From assembly GCA_965222225.1 (NCBI GenBank), contig CBDCTK010000002.1:5408001-5472000 (forward strand): DNA of 64,000 bases. Direction: 5' to 3'. The stretch is from Candidatus Poribacteria bacterium. Its GTDB lineage: Bacteria; Poribacteria; WGA-4E; JAJDTR01. Both the position numbers and the translations under genes were made by a program. Below, one piece after another: positions 39,805 to 52,500 of this stretch (positions are counted from its first letter, which is position 1; every line of letters begins with the position of its first letter). The notes beneath the pieces were generated by a model. It saw nothing but the letters and a program-made list of their open reading frames with translations, ran no database searches and was not told the origin of the DNA.

Positions 39805-42800
39805 TTATATTCCATCATGGTCGAAATGCTCGGTAAAAACCGTCCACGTCTTCGTGAGGGTATCATACCGCGTTAAACCACCATGGGTGCCTATCCAAAC
39901 AAAGTCGCCATCCATCGCTAGTGATAGAATACCGTTGTGCGGTAATCCATCCGCCATGGTAAGAATTGAAAACTCAGCCGTTGCCTTAGTCAACACGGTG
40001 ACTCCATTATCGAATGTGCCGAACCAAATCTCCGTGTCGTTGATGGCGATTGACGTAATCAGATCAGATCCTAGTCCATCCTTCTTTTTATAAACGTGCC
40101 AAATCCCGGTAGCTGTGTCGTAAACAGTCGTGCCATGGCCACTGCCGAACCATACGCGAGTCTTATCAACACCGATGCAACTCACCTCCTGGCTGGCAAG
40201 ACCGTCCCTCTGAGTAAAGGTTCGCCACGTTCTCTCGCTAAAATCATAGACAGAAACTCCCGTCTTGGTTCCAATCCAGATGCGATTGTTGTTGACCGCC
40301 AAGCAGCGGACATCATCGTTTTCCAGACTCTTGGTGTACTTCTGAGCAACTGTTGGGGTGATTTCGATTGCGGCGTTGTAGGTTTCCCAAGCGTTTGGAT
40401 CATCGGAGAAGATATTGTGCTTGCTGACGCCGTTCATTGTGCCAATCCAGACATCGGTACGGTTCTCGCCAATCGCGCGGATGTCCGCACTCGGCAAATG
40501 GTTCTCCTCCGTATATGCGTCGAACCTGTCGGCGATTCTGTCGTACCTGCCAACGCCGCCTTCGGTAGCAATCCAGACATAGCGTTTGCCAACCGATAAA
40601 TCAACGACATTATTGTCGACCAATTCGCTGATTTCGGCCTCTTTTGTGTCACCTACTTCTTCCTCCGATTCGTCAGTCGCCCTCTCGTTGTTTTGGTCCT
40701 CCTTCATCACCTTCTCGAAGTGCCGCCAAGTGTCATATTTCTTATCGTAACGACCCAATCCACGCTGTGTACCTGCCCAGACATACCGTTCGTCAACGGC
40801 TACGGCCACAACGCGACGACTCGCTAACGTCTCTTGCTTGACGAAGGTCGCCCACGTGTCGTTCTCCTTGTTATAGCGGCTCAAGCCATGCGCTGAGCCA
40901 ACCCACACGTACTCTGGATCCACCTTGATGCCATAATTGCGAATCTCATTGCTCGCCAAACCGTCCTCGGTTCCATAAGCTAACCATGCCCCTGAGGGTT
41001 CGTAATACCTGAGAACGCCGTCCTCATGTGTACCAACCCAGAAGGTATCGCCATCTTCCGCCACTGCTTCCACTCGGCCCTGACCGGTCACACCGTCCGC
41101 GCGGGTGAACGACGTCCATGTCTCTGTAGCGCGATTGCACCGATCAATGCCGTTCCACCCGTAGCTCCAGATGTACCGTTCGCCAATATGCCCGGAGTTT
41201 GGGCGTGCTGCGCGCACTCCCATCCGCTCATTATAGATAATCCACATATCTAGATTGGCGCGGTAACGACTTACACCATGGAGTTCGCGGCCTGAAATCC
41301 ATGAATAAGCGCTATCGCCGCCAGTCCAAACATCCTCTCCATCAGCGACGATCCAGCGTCCAAATCGGGAGGCTAGGCCGTGGGCTTCGGTGTACGCTTT
41401 CCACGTTTTCGTGCGCCAATCGTATCTCCGGATGCCATGTTCACCGGTTCCGAACCAAACATAATCATTCGTACACGCAACCGACTCAACCCGTCCTCCG
41501 TCTCCCGGCTCGACCACGTAGAATGTCTCCCATTGTCCAGTTATCTTATCGTAATGTGCCCCGCCTCCGCCTCGCAACGAGGCCCAAATCCCCCCAGATT
41601 GGTCAATCGCAACATGTTCAGCCCGACGATTAAGTGGCAGATGCTTCCAAGTGTCAGATCGCTTATTGTATTGAAGCATGCCGTTATCGGTCGTGATCCA
41701 GACATCTTCCTCCCCTACCGCTATACGTGGCACGTCTGTGATTAGTGAAGGATTGCCAGAGAGAGGTAGAGATTCCTTAGTATAGGTCATCCAAGTATCC
41801 GTCCGCCGATCGAACCTCAGAATTGCTCCATTTGGAGACGCGGACCAGTTGAGAACCCAAAAGTAATCGCCGTCTTTTGCCATCCAACGAATATCATCTT
41901 CCTGCAAAATGTCCACGCCATGATAAGGTTTGTGGCGATCCCATCGCCTTGTCGATTCATCCAGAATGGTCAGCCCCGCGACCGTACCGAAAAACACTCG
42001 GTTGCCACCGATAGCAATACTGTGTACATTGTTATGTAACAGCCCCTCCGACTCCATTGTGAGTATTTGCTGCACCTTAAGGTTGTCCTCAAAGCGACCA
42101 ACTCCGCCGGGGGTACCAATCCACATCACGTCATTATCTACGACAATAGACCTCACATTCGGGTTTGGTAACCCTTCTGTAATGTGAAGCGGGGTGTTGT
42201 CTTTAATTACCCATAATCCGTTTCGTGTACCCACAAGCAATTCACCATTCGAGCCTTGTGCTAACGTGTTAACGTAATCGCGAATCGTCGGATATGGTTC
42301 AAACGCTTCCGTCTCTGACGCTTTGCGATACAGCCCCGCCGTTGTCCCAGCCCAGAGGTCTTTGCCAAGCCGGAGCGTAGAGGTCACCCACCAATCTTCG
42401 AGATGGGATTTGACGCGCGGTTGGTGATTCTCAGGTGTCAACTGTAGTACATTGAGTCCGCTTCGTGTGGCAGCCCACACCTCTCCCTGGAAGATGCTCA
42501 CGTTTGTTACAAAATCGTCCGTCAATCCATTGCGCTGCGTGAAGAACCTCCAACGATTGTCTTGGATGACTCCTAGCCCGAGAGATGTGCCAATCCATGC
42601 TACACTGTTTTTGCGATCAACCGCAACAGAAGTGATGTAGTTTGTGACTAAGCCATTTGCTTTGGTATACGTCGTCCAATCGTTCTCGATCGGGTCGTAA
42701 CGGCTGAGTCCTCGGTTCGTACCAATCCATAGCGCGGTTCCTGACCAAGCTAAGTCATGAATCTGAGTCGATGCGAGTCTGTCTTTTCTAGAATACCAGC

Positions 42801-43866
42801 GCCATGAGGTGTTCGACTTGTCAAATCTTCCCAACCCGCCTTCGGCGGTACCAATCCAAATGTATTGACCACTACTCATCAACTCGGTGATATGGTCGCT
42901 AATTAGCCCTTCCTCTGCCGTGTATTTGAGCCAGGTATCAACTGTTGTTAGGTAACGTCGAATGCCACGGTCGGAAGAACCGAACCAAACATTATCGCCG
43001 TCAACGACAATTGTTTTAATGTAGTCGCTCTCTAGTACCGTTGTTTTGTCGTGGCTTTCGGTAAAGGCCTGATGAGCGATACTGAACCTGCTTACGCCCG
43101 AATTTCTTGTACCAACCCAAACTGCATCTGGACTGAGTGCAATGCAAACCACACTGTTGTCGACCAATCCCTCTTCTTTAGTGTATGTGTTCCAAGCGTC
43201 CTTGGCTTTATCGTAGCGCCTTAATCCGCCCTCCGTACCGAACCAAACATACTCGGTATCCGCTGCAATGGCGGTAATCGCATTAAGCCCTTCCTTCTCT
43301 TTTTCGATCTGCGACGCCCAGGCACCTATGGAGGAATCGTAGCGCGAAATGCCATTTTCGGTTCCGATCCAGACGTAGTGTCCATCAATTGCAACTGCGT
43401 TGACGTGATTGTGAGTCAAGCCATCACGTTTCTGAAATTTTCGCCACTTCTTAGTTTCAGCATTATAGTGGCTAAGCCCGATGTGCGTACCGATCCAAAC
43501 ATTCACTCCATCGACGGCGATGTCGGTGACATCGTCAGAAATGAGACCGTCTTCTCGATCTAACTTGTCCCAGCGATTATCCGCCTCGTGATAGACACTC
43601 ACGCCACGGTCTGTTCCAACCCAAATGTTCCCGTGGCTGGCATAGATGCAGCGGACTTTATCGCTGACCAATTGTTTCTCGGTTATTGCTGTAGTAATTG
43701 CTTTTTGCTCGATAACCGACCGCTGCTCCTGCCGATCGACTTGAGTTGCACTGCAGGCAGTCAAGCACAGCAGAAGTGCGAAGATTGCGAAACCCGATGC
43801 ATAAAACATAATGCATGATTTATATTGCGCTAGTTTGTTCATTTTGTAGTGAAAGGAGGTTCCCAA
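39805..43866 (-). CDS. Giant multi-beta-propeller lipoprotein (regulator-propeller repeats), paralog C
   Basis: Many 'GL..N.V..IA.DG..VWIGT..GLSRYD' repeats; lipobox LTAC; no kinase or TM domain. True start is probably slightly downstream. Confidence 0.85.
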   Translation of the reverse strand: MGTSFHYKMNKLAQYKSCIMFYASGFAIFALLLCLTACSATQVDRQEQRSVIEQKAITTAITEKQLVSDKVRCIYASHGNIWVGTDRGVSVYHEADNRWDKLDREDGLISDDVTDIAVDGVNVWIGTHIGLSHYNAETKKWRKFQKRDGLTHNHVNAVAIDGHYVWIGTENGISRYDSSIGAWASQIEKEKEGLNAITAIAADTEYVWFGTEGGLRRYDKAKDAWNTYTKEEGLVDNSVVCIALSPDAVWVGTRNSGVSRFSIAHQAFTESHDKTTVLESDYIKTIVVDGDNVWFGSSDRGIRRYLTTVDTWLKYTAEEGLISDHITELMSSGQYIWIGTAEGGLGRFDKSNTSWRWYSRKDRLASTQIHDLAWSGTALWIGTNRGLSRYDPIENDWTTYTKANGLVTNYITSVAVDRKNSVAWIGTSLGLGVIQDNRWRFFTQRNGLTDDFVTNVSIFQGEVWAATRSGLNVLQLTPENHQPRVKSHLEDWWVTSTLRLGKDLWAGTTAGLYRKASETEAFEPYPTIRDYVNTLAQGSNGELLVGTRNGLWVIKDNTPLHITEGLPNPNVRSIVVDNDVMWIGTPGGVGRFEDNLKVQQILTMESEGLLHNNVHSIAIGGNRVFFGTVAGLTILDESTRRWDRHKPYHGVDILQEDDIRWMAKDGDYFWVLNWSASPNGAILRFDRRTDTWMTYTKESLPLSGNPSLITDVPRIAVGEEDVWITTDNGMLQYNKRSDTWKHLPLNRRAEHVAIDQSGGIWASLRGGGGAHYDKITGQWETFYVVEPGDGGRVESVACTNDYVWFGTGEHGIRRYDWRTKTWKAYTEAHGLASRFGRWIVADGEDVWTGGDSAYSWISGRELHGVSRYRANLDMWIIYNERMGVRAARPNSGHIGERYIWSYGWNGIDRCNRATETWTSFTRADGVTGQGRVEAVAEDGDTFWVGTHEDGVLRYYEPSGAWLAYGTEDGLASNEIRNYGIKVDPEYVWVGSAHGLSRYNKENDTWATFVKQETLASRRVVAVAVDERYVWAGTQRGLGRYDKKYDTWRHFEKVMKEDQNNERATDESEEEVGDTKEAEISELVDNNVVDLSVGKRYVWIATEGGVGRYDRIADRFDAYTEENHLPSADIRAIGENRTDVWIGTMNGVSKHNIFSDDPNAWETYNAAIEITPTVAQKYTKSLENDDVRCLAVNNNRIWIGTKTGVSVYDFSERTWRTFTQRDGLASQEVSCIGVDKTRVWFGSGHGTTVYDTATGIWHVYKKKDGLGSDLITSIAINDTEIWFGTFDNGVTVLTKATAEFSILTMADGLPHNGILSLAMDGDFVWIGTHGGLTRYDTLTKTWTVFTEHFDHDGI

Positions 43867-44901
43867 GTGATTACATTTGGCATTTTACGAGAGAGTTCCA
43901 CCCGATGAATGCGACCGCCAATCTTCAATTTCCGAATGCCTCAGCATAGCTTGTCCATGTTCCCACTTTCCGATCATATCGGCACAAACCAAGCTCCGTT
44001 CCAAACCAGATTTGTTCGCCATCAAGTGCGATTGCTTCAACGCGGTTGTGGATTAACCCGTGCTCGGTATTAAAAATTTTCCATTCTCCTGTCGTTTTGC
44101 TGTATCGTGTTGCCCCTTCGTTTGGGGAGCCATACCAAATCTCCGTACCGTTGACCGCGATACACGTCACAATACGGCTTGCCAATCCGTCCGTAGGTGT
44201 GAAGCTGACCGTGTCTTTTGACGCGGTATCATACTTGGTTACTCCCCGGTTTGTGCCAAACCAAATAATCTTGCCATCAATAGCAATGGCGCTAATGTCT
44301 TCGGCATTCAGGTCTTCATTTGATAAAATCGTTTCCCACGTTCCATTTTCTCGATTGTAGCGACACACGCCTCCCTCTGTTCCAAACCAGACGGAGTCCT
44401 CGGTCATTGTCACACAGCGGAGATCGTTGCTCAAGAGGGTATGTGCGTATTTCTGATCACTCCCCATTGCTTTAATCTCAAGGGAATGTAAGTGGGTTTC
44501 CCACGCATTCGAGTCATCTGAAAGACGGTTGAATCTTGCGGCTCCGTCATCGGTTGCAATCCACAAATCGTAGCCTTCGACATCAACGTCGCGAATGACA
44601 TTGGAAGGCAGCCCGTTTTTCACCGAGTATTCTTCCCACCGATCTGCCGCTTTGTCATACCGTCGCAAACCTGCGTCCGTGCCAAGCCATAGATACTTCT
44701 CGTCAACAGTTATACTTCTGACGCTCCAATACCCTCTATGCGGAGGACGGGACCACTGATTCTTCTCCTTATCATAGCGATGTAGTCCTTCAGGTGTGCC
44801 CACCCAAATATACCGACTTTCAGCGGCAATCGCGTAAACTTTCCTAGGGCTAATCGCGATAGCCGTGGGTGAGGGAGTAAACGTCGTCCATAATTCTGTT
44901 T

Positions 44902-46150
44902 CGGAATTAGTAGCTTGTAGCTTTTAGACTGACGACAAACATAAAACTTGGTACCCTGTCGTAAATCTTTTCGTCACACGTAGATGTCCATAGTGACTAT
45001 TCTTCTCGTAGGAGTTTGCTATGGACATTTTGAATCTTATGAAAGAGTTTCCAAATCAAGAATCTTGTCTCAGATTTATAGAGGAAAAACGTTGGAAGGA
45101 CGGTGTTTGCTGTATCCACTGTGGCAGTGAAAAAGTTGGACGCAAGAACAAAAACGACATTACTACTGGTTGGAATTGCTACGATTGTGAATCTAGCTTT
45201 TCGGCTACAGCAGGAACCATCTTCCATGGTACCAAGATACCTCTCCAGAAATGGTTTTTGGCTATCTCAATTCTTTCCAATGCCAAGAAAAGCATATCGA
45301 GTTGTCAGCTTGCTCGTGACTTGGACATGAATCAAAAGTCCGCTTGGTATATGGCAATGCGCCTCCGTGAGAAAATGAGTGATAGTGATGAATTGCTGAA
45401 AGGGATAGTTGAAGCGGACGAAACCTATGTCGGCGGCAAACCCAGAGCAAAATCTAAGAGAGGTAGAGGCACAAATAAATCTCCCGTCATCGGCGTAGTC
45501 GAGAGAGGCGGTCGGGTGGTTGCTAAATTCATGAAGGTTCTATCTGGTGAAAATATCAGAGAATTCATCCTTAGCAATGTCTCACCCGATGAGTCTATTC
45601 TTATGACTGATGAATTTCGCTCTTACAATAGTCTGGACGAAGATATCGAAAGACATGTTATCCATCACCAAGAGAGATATGTTTCTGAGGACGGCGTAAC
45701 TCACACCAACACCATCGAGTCGTTTTGGGCTTGTGTCAAGAGGTCATTCTACGGAACGCATCATCACTACAGCAAGAAGTGGCTGCCACTGTATATCATG
45801 GAGTCTTGCTGGAAATATAATCGCAGAAAAGATGATGAGATTTTCATAAGATTTTTTGATGAATGCTTCACCTGAGCCACATGAATTGTTTGGCTATCGG
45901 TATATTCTGTCAACGACAACATCATGGTGTGCTGAAAATCCCATAGTGTTGGAAATTAAAATCCCGCAGATAACCCGCAATGCTCCCGCGAGCATGTACA
46001 AACGCTTGGTCAACATGATATGCCTCCATTTCTCTCTTATAGAGATGTATTTTAGTGTGAATCAAGATTCCGAACACTGTCTAAAATGATTGTACATTAA
46101 GAAGAGAAAAGCAAGCAAATCGACCAAAAAGCAGTTAACTACTAAGTCCC
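44902..46150 (+). mobile_element. IS1595-family insertion sequence (1249 bp)
   Basis: 8-bp target duplication TTCTGTTT (44894-44901 and 46151-46158). Imperfect TIRs: CGGAATTAGTAGCT versus GGGACTTAGTAGTT (reverse complement of the right end). Confidence 0.92.
45021..45875 (+). CDS. IS1595-family DDE transposase
   Basis: Zn ribbon CIHC...CYDC, VEADETYVGG, TDE, HTNTIESFW. Confidence 0.93.
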   Translation: MDILNLMKEFPNQESCLRFIEEKRWKDGVCCIHCGSEKVGRKNKNDITTGWNCYDCESSFSATAGTIFHGTKIPLQKWFLAISILSNAKKSISSCQLARDLDMNQKSAWYMAMRLREKMSDSDELLKGIVEADETYVGGKPRAKSKRGRGTNKSPVIGVVERGGRVVAKFMKVLSGENIREFILSNVSPDESILMTDEFRSYNSLDEDIERHVIHHQERYVSEDGVTHTNTIESFWACVKRSFYGTHHHYSKKWLPLYIMESCWKYNRRKDDEIFIRFFDECFT

Positions 46151-49100
46151 TTCTGTTTTCTTGTCATAACGAGACAATCCTCCATCGCTACCGACCCAAA
46201 CGTAAGCATCGTCCACCGCCATTGAACCCTCAGCCAGCCCGTTGCTTGCAAGTCCTGTTTCATAGTTCAAAAATCTCCAGTCCTTGCTGGCTTTGTTATA
46301 ACGTCCAATCCCGGCTCCTTCGGTCGCCAACCAGATACTATCCGATGTCTCTATAAGTTGCCTTGGAGTCCCAAACCACTCGTTGTAATTGTTTTTACGG
46401 CTAGTTCTAGGCGTCTTTAATTCTGACCACGATCGCGTGCTATAATGATATTTTGATGCGATGGGGTCTCCCCAGTCAAGCCAAGCGTAAAGCATCCAAA
46501 AGCCGTCAATCCCGGGGTGAATGCCAAAGGTTACGCGTGAAGTGGCCCGGTGTTCGGAGATGATTTCCCACTCTTCGATGCGCCGACTGTACCGAGAGGC
46601 GTCACCCCAAGCTGTTATCCAGACATAATCGTCATCAATGAAAATATCGTTAGTTTCGCTGTGGCCCAAGCCGTCTCGCTGAGAAAAAGTTTCCCACTCC
46701 TCGGTTGATTTGTCAAACCGTTTGATTCCCTCCCAAGCGGTAGAAACCCAAACATATTCAGAATCGACAGCAATCGCACCCAAGGTGCTCCAAACAGCGC
46801 TTGGTGAGATTTCCCAATGCTGCCAACGGTCTTCCTCCATAGAAAGGCGACCAACCACGCCTCCAATGTGGAGCGTCCAAATATCCTTACCATCAGGTGT
46901 GATACTCCAAACCTCATTGTTTGGCAAGCCATCTTGCGTCGAGTAATGACGCCATGTGTCACTGAGTTTGTTGTAACGCAAAACCCCAGCGTTGGTGCTA
47001 AACCAAACAGCTTTATCATCGGTCGTAATCCCGTGGACAAGGGTAATTGGTGGCGCATTTGGTTGGAGTGGAAGGTCATCCTTACTGAAGAAACGGAATC
47101 TCTCAGTGACCCGATTGTGCTGACCGATTGCGCCTTCTGTTGTTTTCTTCCAGTTACCGAACCAGATAAAATCTCCGTCTTCTTGAAGATGGACGACTCG
47201 ATTGGCGTGTAGCACCTCGGTAGTTCTCGACGCAACGTGCTTTGTCCACCGTTGGGTCGTCTTGTTGAAACGACAGACACCACCTATTGTCCCAATCCAC
47301 ACGTCAGTCTCAGTGATTGAAATGGATGTGACATTATTCGCCGGAAGCCCGCCATTCGTGTTCTCTCGCGTGTAGACTGTCCATCTGTCAGCTTTCCAAT
47401 CGTATCTCCCTAATCCGTCCGGAGTACCAAGCCAGATTTCTTCACCGCCGGTCTTGACTGCGACAACGTTGGCGTGAGCCATAGGATGTGTCAAGTGTGA
47501 AACCTGAAACGGAAGGTCCTCGTCGAAGCAAGCTCCCGATTCTCCTAGCGGCGTACCTAGCATCGCTTCTGTCAACGAACGAAGCGATTTCGTGACCTGT
47601 GGCTGTGGATCCGATAAATCTTTCAATTTCACTAAACCCGATCTTGTTCCAACCCATAGCGAGTCACCGTTAATTGAAATTGCATTAACCCAGTTTTCAG
47701 GCAATCCATCCTTCCTGTTGAGCTTAGCGGCGGTTTCGGTTAACCTATCGTAATAGACAAGTCCGTCTGGGGTTGCAATCCAAATGACCTCGCCAGAGAG
47801 TCGAATATCGTTTATCCAACCGAGGTTTGCGAGTTTGCGGGGATGTGAATTCCACGAACCCATAAGCAAATTGTACGTTGAAAGTCCAGTTCTTGTTCCA
47901 ATCCACAGTTGACTATGAAGCGGATCCCACGCAAGGCATGTGACGAAATTATCGGCCAATCCATTCTTGGTGTTATAGAATTGCCAATTCGCATTTCCAT
48001 GACGCACTCCTAGCCCTTTTGGTGTGCCCACCCAGAGAGAGTTATCACTTTCCGCCACGATAGTGATGTAGTTATCGGCTAATCCGTCCGTTTTGCTAAT
48101 CGTACGCCAACCGAGTGAAGATTTGTCGCCTGTGTATTCGTTGAGACCATCCCGTGTTCCAACCCAAACCTTCGATGTCGTAGCAAGAAGGCTCTTTACA
48201 TCATTGTCGCTGAGCGCCCGAACTTCCCCGTAACTCGTCCACTCTTCACTTTGAAGATCGTATCGTGCCACGCCGTGTTCGTGCGTACCGAACCACACTA
48301 CGTTTCCATCGGCTGCGATTGATGTGACATGATTGGAGGGAAGACCATCCGCTGTTGAATACTGTCGCCATGCATTGACTGTTAAGATATATCGCTGTAC
48401 ACCGCTGTCAGCCATACCAATCCAAAGTGAGGTGCCATCCATCGCCAGAACGCGAATCTGATCGCTTGTTAGTCGATCTCTCTTGGTGTATGTACGTACA
48501 AACTCGGAATTCCGCACATCATATAGACTGATTCCTTTGTTCTCTGTACCGAACCAAACTGCATCTTCATTAGCTGCGATAGCGCTTACATGATTGTCAA
48601 CGAGGCCGCTTTCCCGGTCGTAGTTGCTCCACGAATCAGTGAGCTTGTCGAATCTTGATACCCCGGTTTCAGTTGCGACCCAGACGTAGCCCGCATCAAC
48701 CGCTATCTTTTTCACGTTATCGCCAGCGAGTCCGTCCGCCTTTTGCTTTCGCGCCCAAGTGTTTGTTTCTTTATCGTAGCGTGAGAGCCCCTTCGGCGTT
48801 CCAAACCAAACAAACCTTGAGTCAATGGCAATACAAGTCACGATGCGATCGGCTAATCCATCATGAGGCATGTAGCGGCTCCATTCGTCTGTTGCGGTAT
48901 TGTATCGACTGACGCCTCCACTTGTGCCGACCCAGACATCCTCACCATCCAGTGCAATCGCTAACACATCATTGTTGAGAAGTCCATCCATAATTGTGAA
49001 GTTTTTCCATTGTCGTTCGACTTTGTCATAGCAGCTAACACCTCGGCCCGTGCCAACCCACACATAACGAGAATTCATCGCTAACGACGAGATATGATCG

Positions 49101-49506
49101 CTCAAGAGAGGATTTGTCGATGTCGTTCCCGTGCCCTCAAGAAACCGATTGGAAGGTGACGCGGGTGTGTGGATAGCGTAACTAAGCACGGTTATGAGCA
49201 AAATAAGGCGAAACACGGTACTTGCGTGACTTGTCATGGGAGTTCCTTCTCATTGTGCTAAGGGATGTGAGAACTAAAGGTATTTCTCAGCGCGGCGGAT
49301 GGTATCGCCATCAACATTGGTGTGTTAAGATTTGCCTTGGTTGATTGGAAGTTGATTTGCCCACACGGAAAGGAATGATGCGCCGAGGCGGTTTCACCCG
49401 AATGTATCGAGCTCAAAGGACAGAGAGCTTGTCCGCCAACGCAAAGAGCATTTGCACCATTGGCATGTCCCATGGCGGTTTTCTTTTCAAGGCATGCTGG
49501 GGCAAC

Positions 49507-52500
49507 TCACTGGCGATCTTCTTCCTGATCAAAATGCCGAGTAAAGATTGTCCAGGTGTCGGTAAGGATATCGTACCGACTCAGCCCCCGCGCCGTTCCT
49601 ATCCAGAGAAAATCTTCGTCCATAGCAATATCGAACACGCGATTATGACTTAATCCATCGGTCCGCGTGAAGTGTTTCCATGCCTGTGTTTCCTTGTTAT
49701 AATGCAGTAAGCCGTGGTCAAACGTTCCAAACCACACATCGTCATCTGCAGCGACAATCTGAGTGACTTGGTTAATAGCGAGACCGTTGGCTCGGGTAAA
49801 GGAAGACCACTCTTTCGTCTTCGTATTTAATCGGCTAACACCGCCCTCTGTTCCAAACCAGACCGATTCACCGTCAATGCATATACTGCTAATCTCATCA
49901 CCGAGTAGTCCATCGTCCTGTTTGTAGGTTATCCAAGTTCTGCGCCGCAAGTCGTGTTGGCTAACTCCTCTTTCCGTGCCTACCCAGACGTAGCGTGTGC
50001 CGACAGCAATACTTCTTACACGATTGTCAACGAGACTTTCGGCGTATTCTGGAGAGAGCGACATCGTGTCTACCTCATCAGCACGCGCGAATATCTCCCA
50101 AGCATTGGCATCTTCCGACAACGTGTTGTATTTGCTGACACCATGGTCGGACCCAACCCACAGCGTCCGTCTGCCTACCGCCGCTACCTTCACATGGTTT
50201 GTTGGCAAACCGTTCTTCTCGTCGTACTTATCCGTCCAATGGGCCCACTTATCAAATCGCCTGACACCTTTTCCACTGACAATCCACACATATTTATCGT
50301 CGACGACAAGGTCCGTCACGAGATCGTGATCGATAGTCCGATCGTGCGCGACAGTCAGCCAAATGTCGTTTTCTTTATCGTAACGGCTTGCGCCTTGATC
50401 AGTTCCGCAGTAAATATAACGTGAGTCGACAGCAACCGACCGAATGACATCAGAAGGCAGGGATCGGCTGCCGGTATAAACCGTCCAAATTTCCTTTTTC
50501 AAATCATAGCGACTGATTCCACGGTTACTGCCTGCCCAAACGTACTCATCATCGGCGCGAAGTGTATGGTCATGAACTGTGTTGCTTAACAATCCATCCT
50601 CCGTCGAAAATACCGTCCATGATGATGAGGCTTTATCGAACCGACTAACGCCGTGTTCCTCCGCCCCAAACCATACCCCGCTAGGCGTTTCCTGTACATC
50701 GTGGAAGTTGTTGCCGACTGTTTGAGGATGCCCCCGGAACACTTGCCAGGTCCGGTTTTTCTTGTGGTACCCACTTACCGGCACGGTTCCAGGGTCCTCG
50801 TTCCACTCATCTTGATGAAGTACCCACAGATAATCTATGCCGGAACTTAACTCTCTAATCCCCGCCTTTGCCAAACCCCGCTTGCTATCAATGATAGTCC
50901 AACGATCGGTTTTGGCATCGTATTGGCACAATTCCCACCCGTAAGCCCACACATCGTCCTCGGTAGCGACGATGTATCCAATAGGGGCCAAACCATCAGC
51001 AGTGGTATATCGTTTCCAGGAGTCGGTTTTTTTATCATAGCGCAGTACGCCGTCATGCTGTGCGGGAATCCAAACATAGCGAGTATTCGCGGCAAAGCGA
51101 GTCTGATGCCACTTGTTAGCGAGATCCTTTGTCGCTGCCATATGTGTTTCCCACGTGTCGGAAGCTAGTCGATAACGGCAAATGCGCCCATCTCGCAGAC
51201 CAATCCATACATCATCCCCATCAACAAGCACTGACCGAGACTTGTTACTCGGCATCCCATCTTTTGTCGTATAATGTCGCCACGTGTCGGAGTCTTTGGA
51301 GTACGCCAAAATTCCGCTCTCGGTGGAAAACCAAACACGATCGTCTGCCACATCAAGCCAGTCGATTAAATCAATAGGCGGAGCATCAATCGCTTGGACA
51401 TCTTCGTTCATGTAGTGGGTCCACGTCCCCGTTCGTTTGTCGTACCGAACGATATTTCCATTGGAAGTGTGCATCCACGTTACAAACCATACCCAATCGC
51501 CGTCCAACGCCGTGTGCTGTATATGGCTGTGACGTAGTACGTCGGTCTCTTCCCTTGCACGAATCGCAGTCCACGAATTCTCTTTCGTGTCCAACTGCCC
51601 TAAGCCGCCAATGGTCCCCAGCCAGACTTTATCTCCGAAGGTGATAACATCGCGGATATTTTCATGTCCCATTACTGCACCCGGCTGTGTCAGATCGAAA
51701 CGTTCCCACGACTTCGACGCTTTTGAATACTTGCCCAATCCGCGCGGCGTTCCCACCCAAACTGTGTTGTCGGCGATTGCAATTGCCCTCACATTATTGT
51801 TTGGCAATCCTTCCATTGTCGTAAAACTACGCCACCGATTGTCTTCCTTATCAAATTGGGTTAGCCCTTTCCGGGTACCGATCCAGACGATTTCACCATC
51901 AACCACTATTCGATTGACGCGATTGCTAATTAATCCGTCCGCTTCGGTATAGGATTTCACGATACCATTATTCGACGGCAATTGAGAAACACCGCGATCC
52001 GTCCCAACCCAGATAGAATCATCATCAAGGGCGATGCAACTCACCCAAAGGTTCCCAAAATCTTCATGGGTGTACCATTTACCGTCCGCCATGTCATACC
52101 AACACAATCCGCTTCGAGTACCAACCCATATCCTTTCATCCGCGACAACCACATCCTGTACGAAATCACCAGCAAGTCCATGCCTTTTCCGCCAAAACTT
52201 CCAGCGATTATCCTGATACCGCCCCAAGCCCTTGGCTGTCCCGATCCAAACGGCATCATCGGTCATGGCAATGGCGGTTACATAGTTTGTGATTAGTCCG
52301 TGGGCTTTGGTAAAAGTCTTCCATTCCCCAGAACACGAATCGAAACGGCTTAATCCCATCGCAGTTCCAATCCAGAAAACTCCGTCCCGCTGCACAATGG
52401 TCTTCACATTGTCGTTAATCAGACCTTCCGCTTTCCTTACAGTTGTCCAAAGTGCGTTGATCTTATCAAATCGAAGGACGCCATCCTCACGGGTACCGCA

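Larger units (their letters stand above)
43925..49237 (-). pseudogene. Giant multi-beta-propeller protein, paralog B, interrupted by IS1595 (restored length 1351 aa)
   Basis: Joining 49237-46151 to 44893-43925 gives one open frame, ...RYDKKTE|LWTTFTP... Confidence 0.9.

Noticed and set aside
45895-46017. 40-aa hydrophobic passenger ORF inside the IS1595 (MLTKRLYMLAG..., minus strand, GGAGG upstream)
   Set aside because: Too short and with no recognisable homology, so it cannot be supported.
49258-49500. Small ORF or IS remnant between propeller paralogs A and B
   Set aside because: No recognisable motif, TIR pair or duplication.
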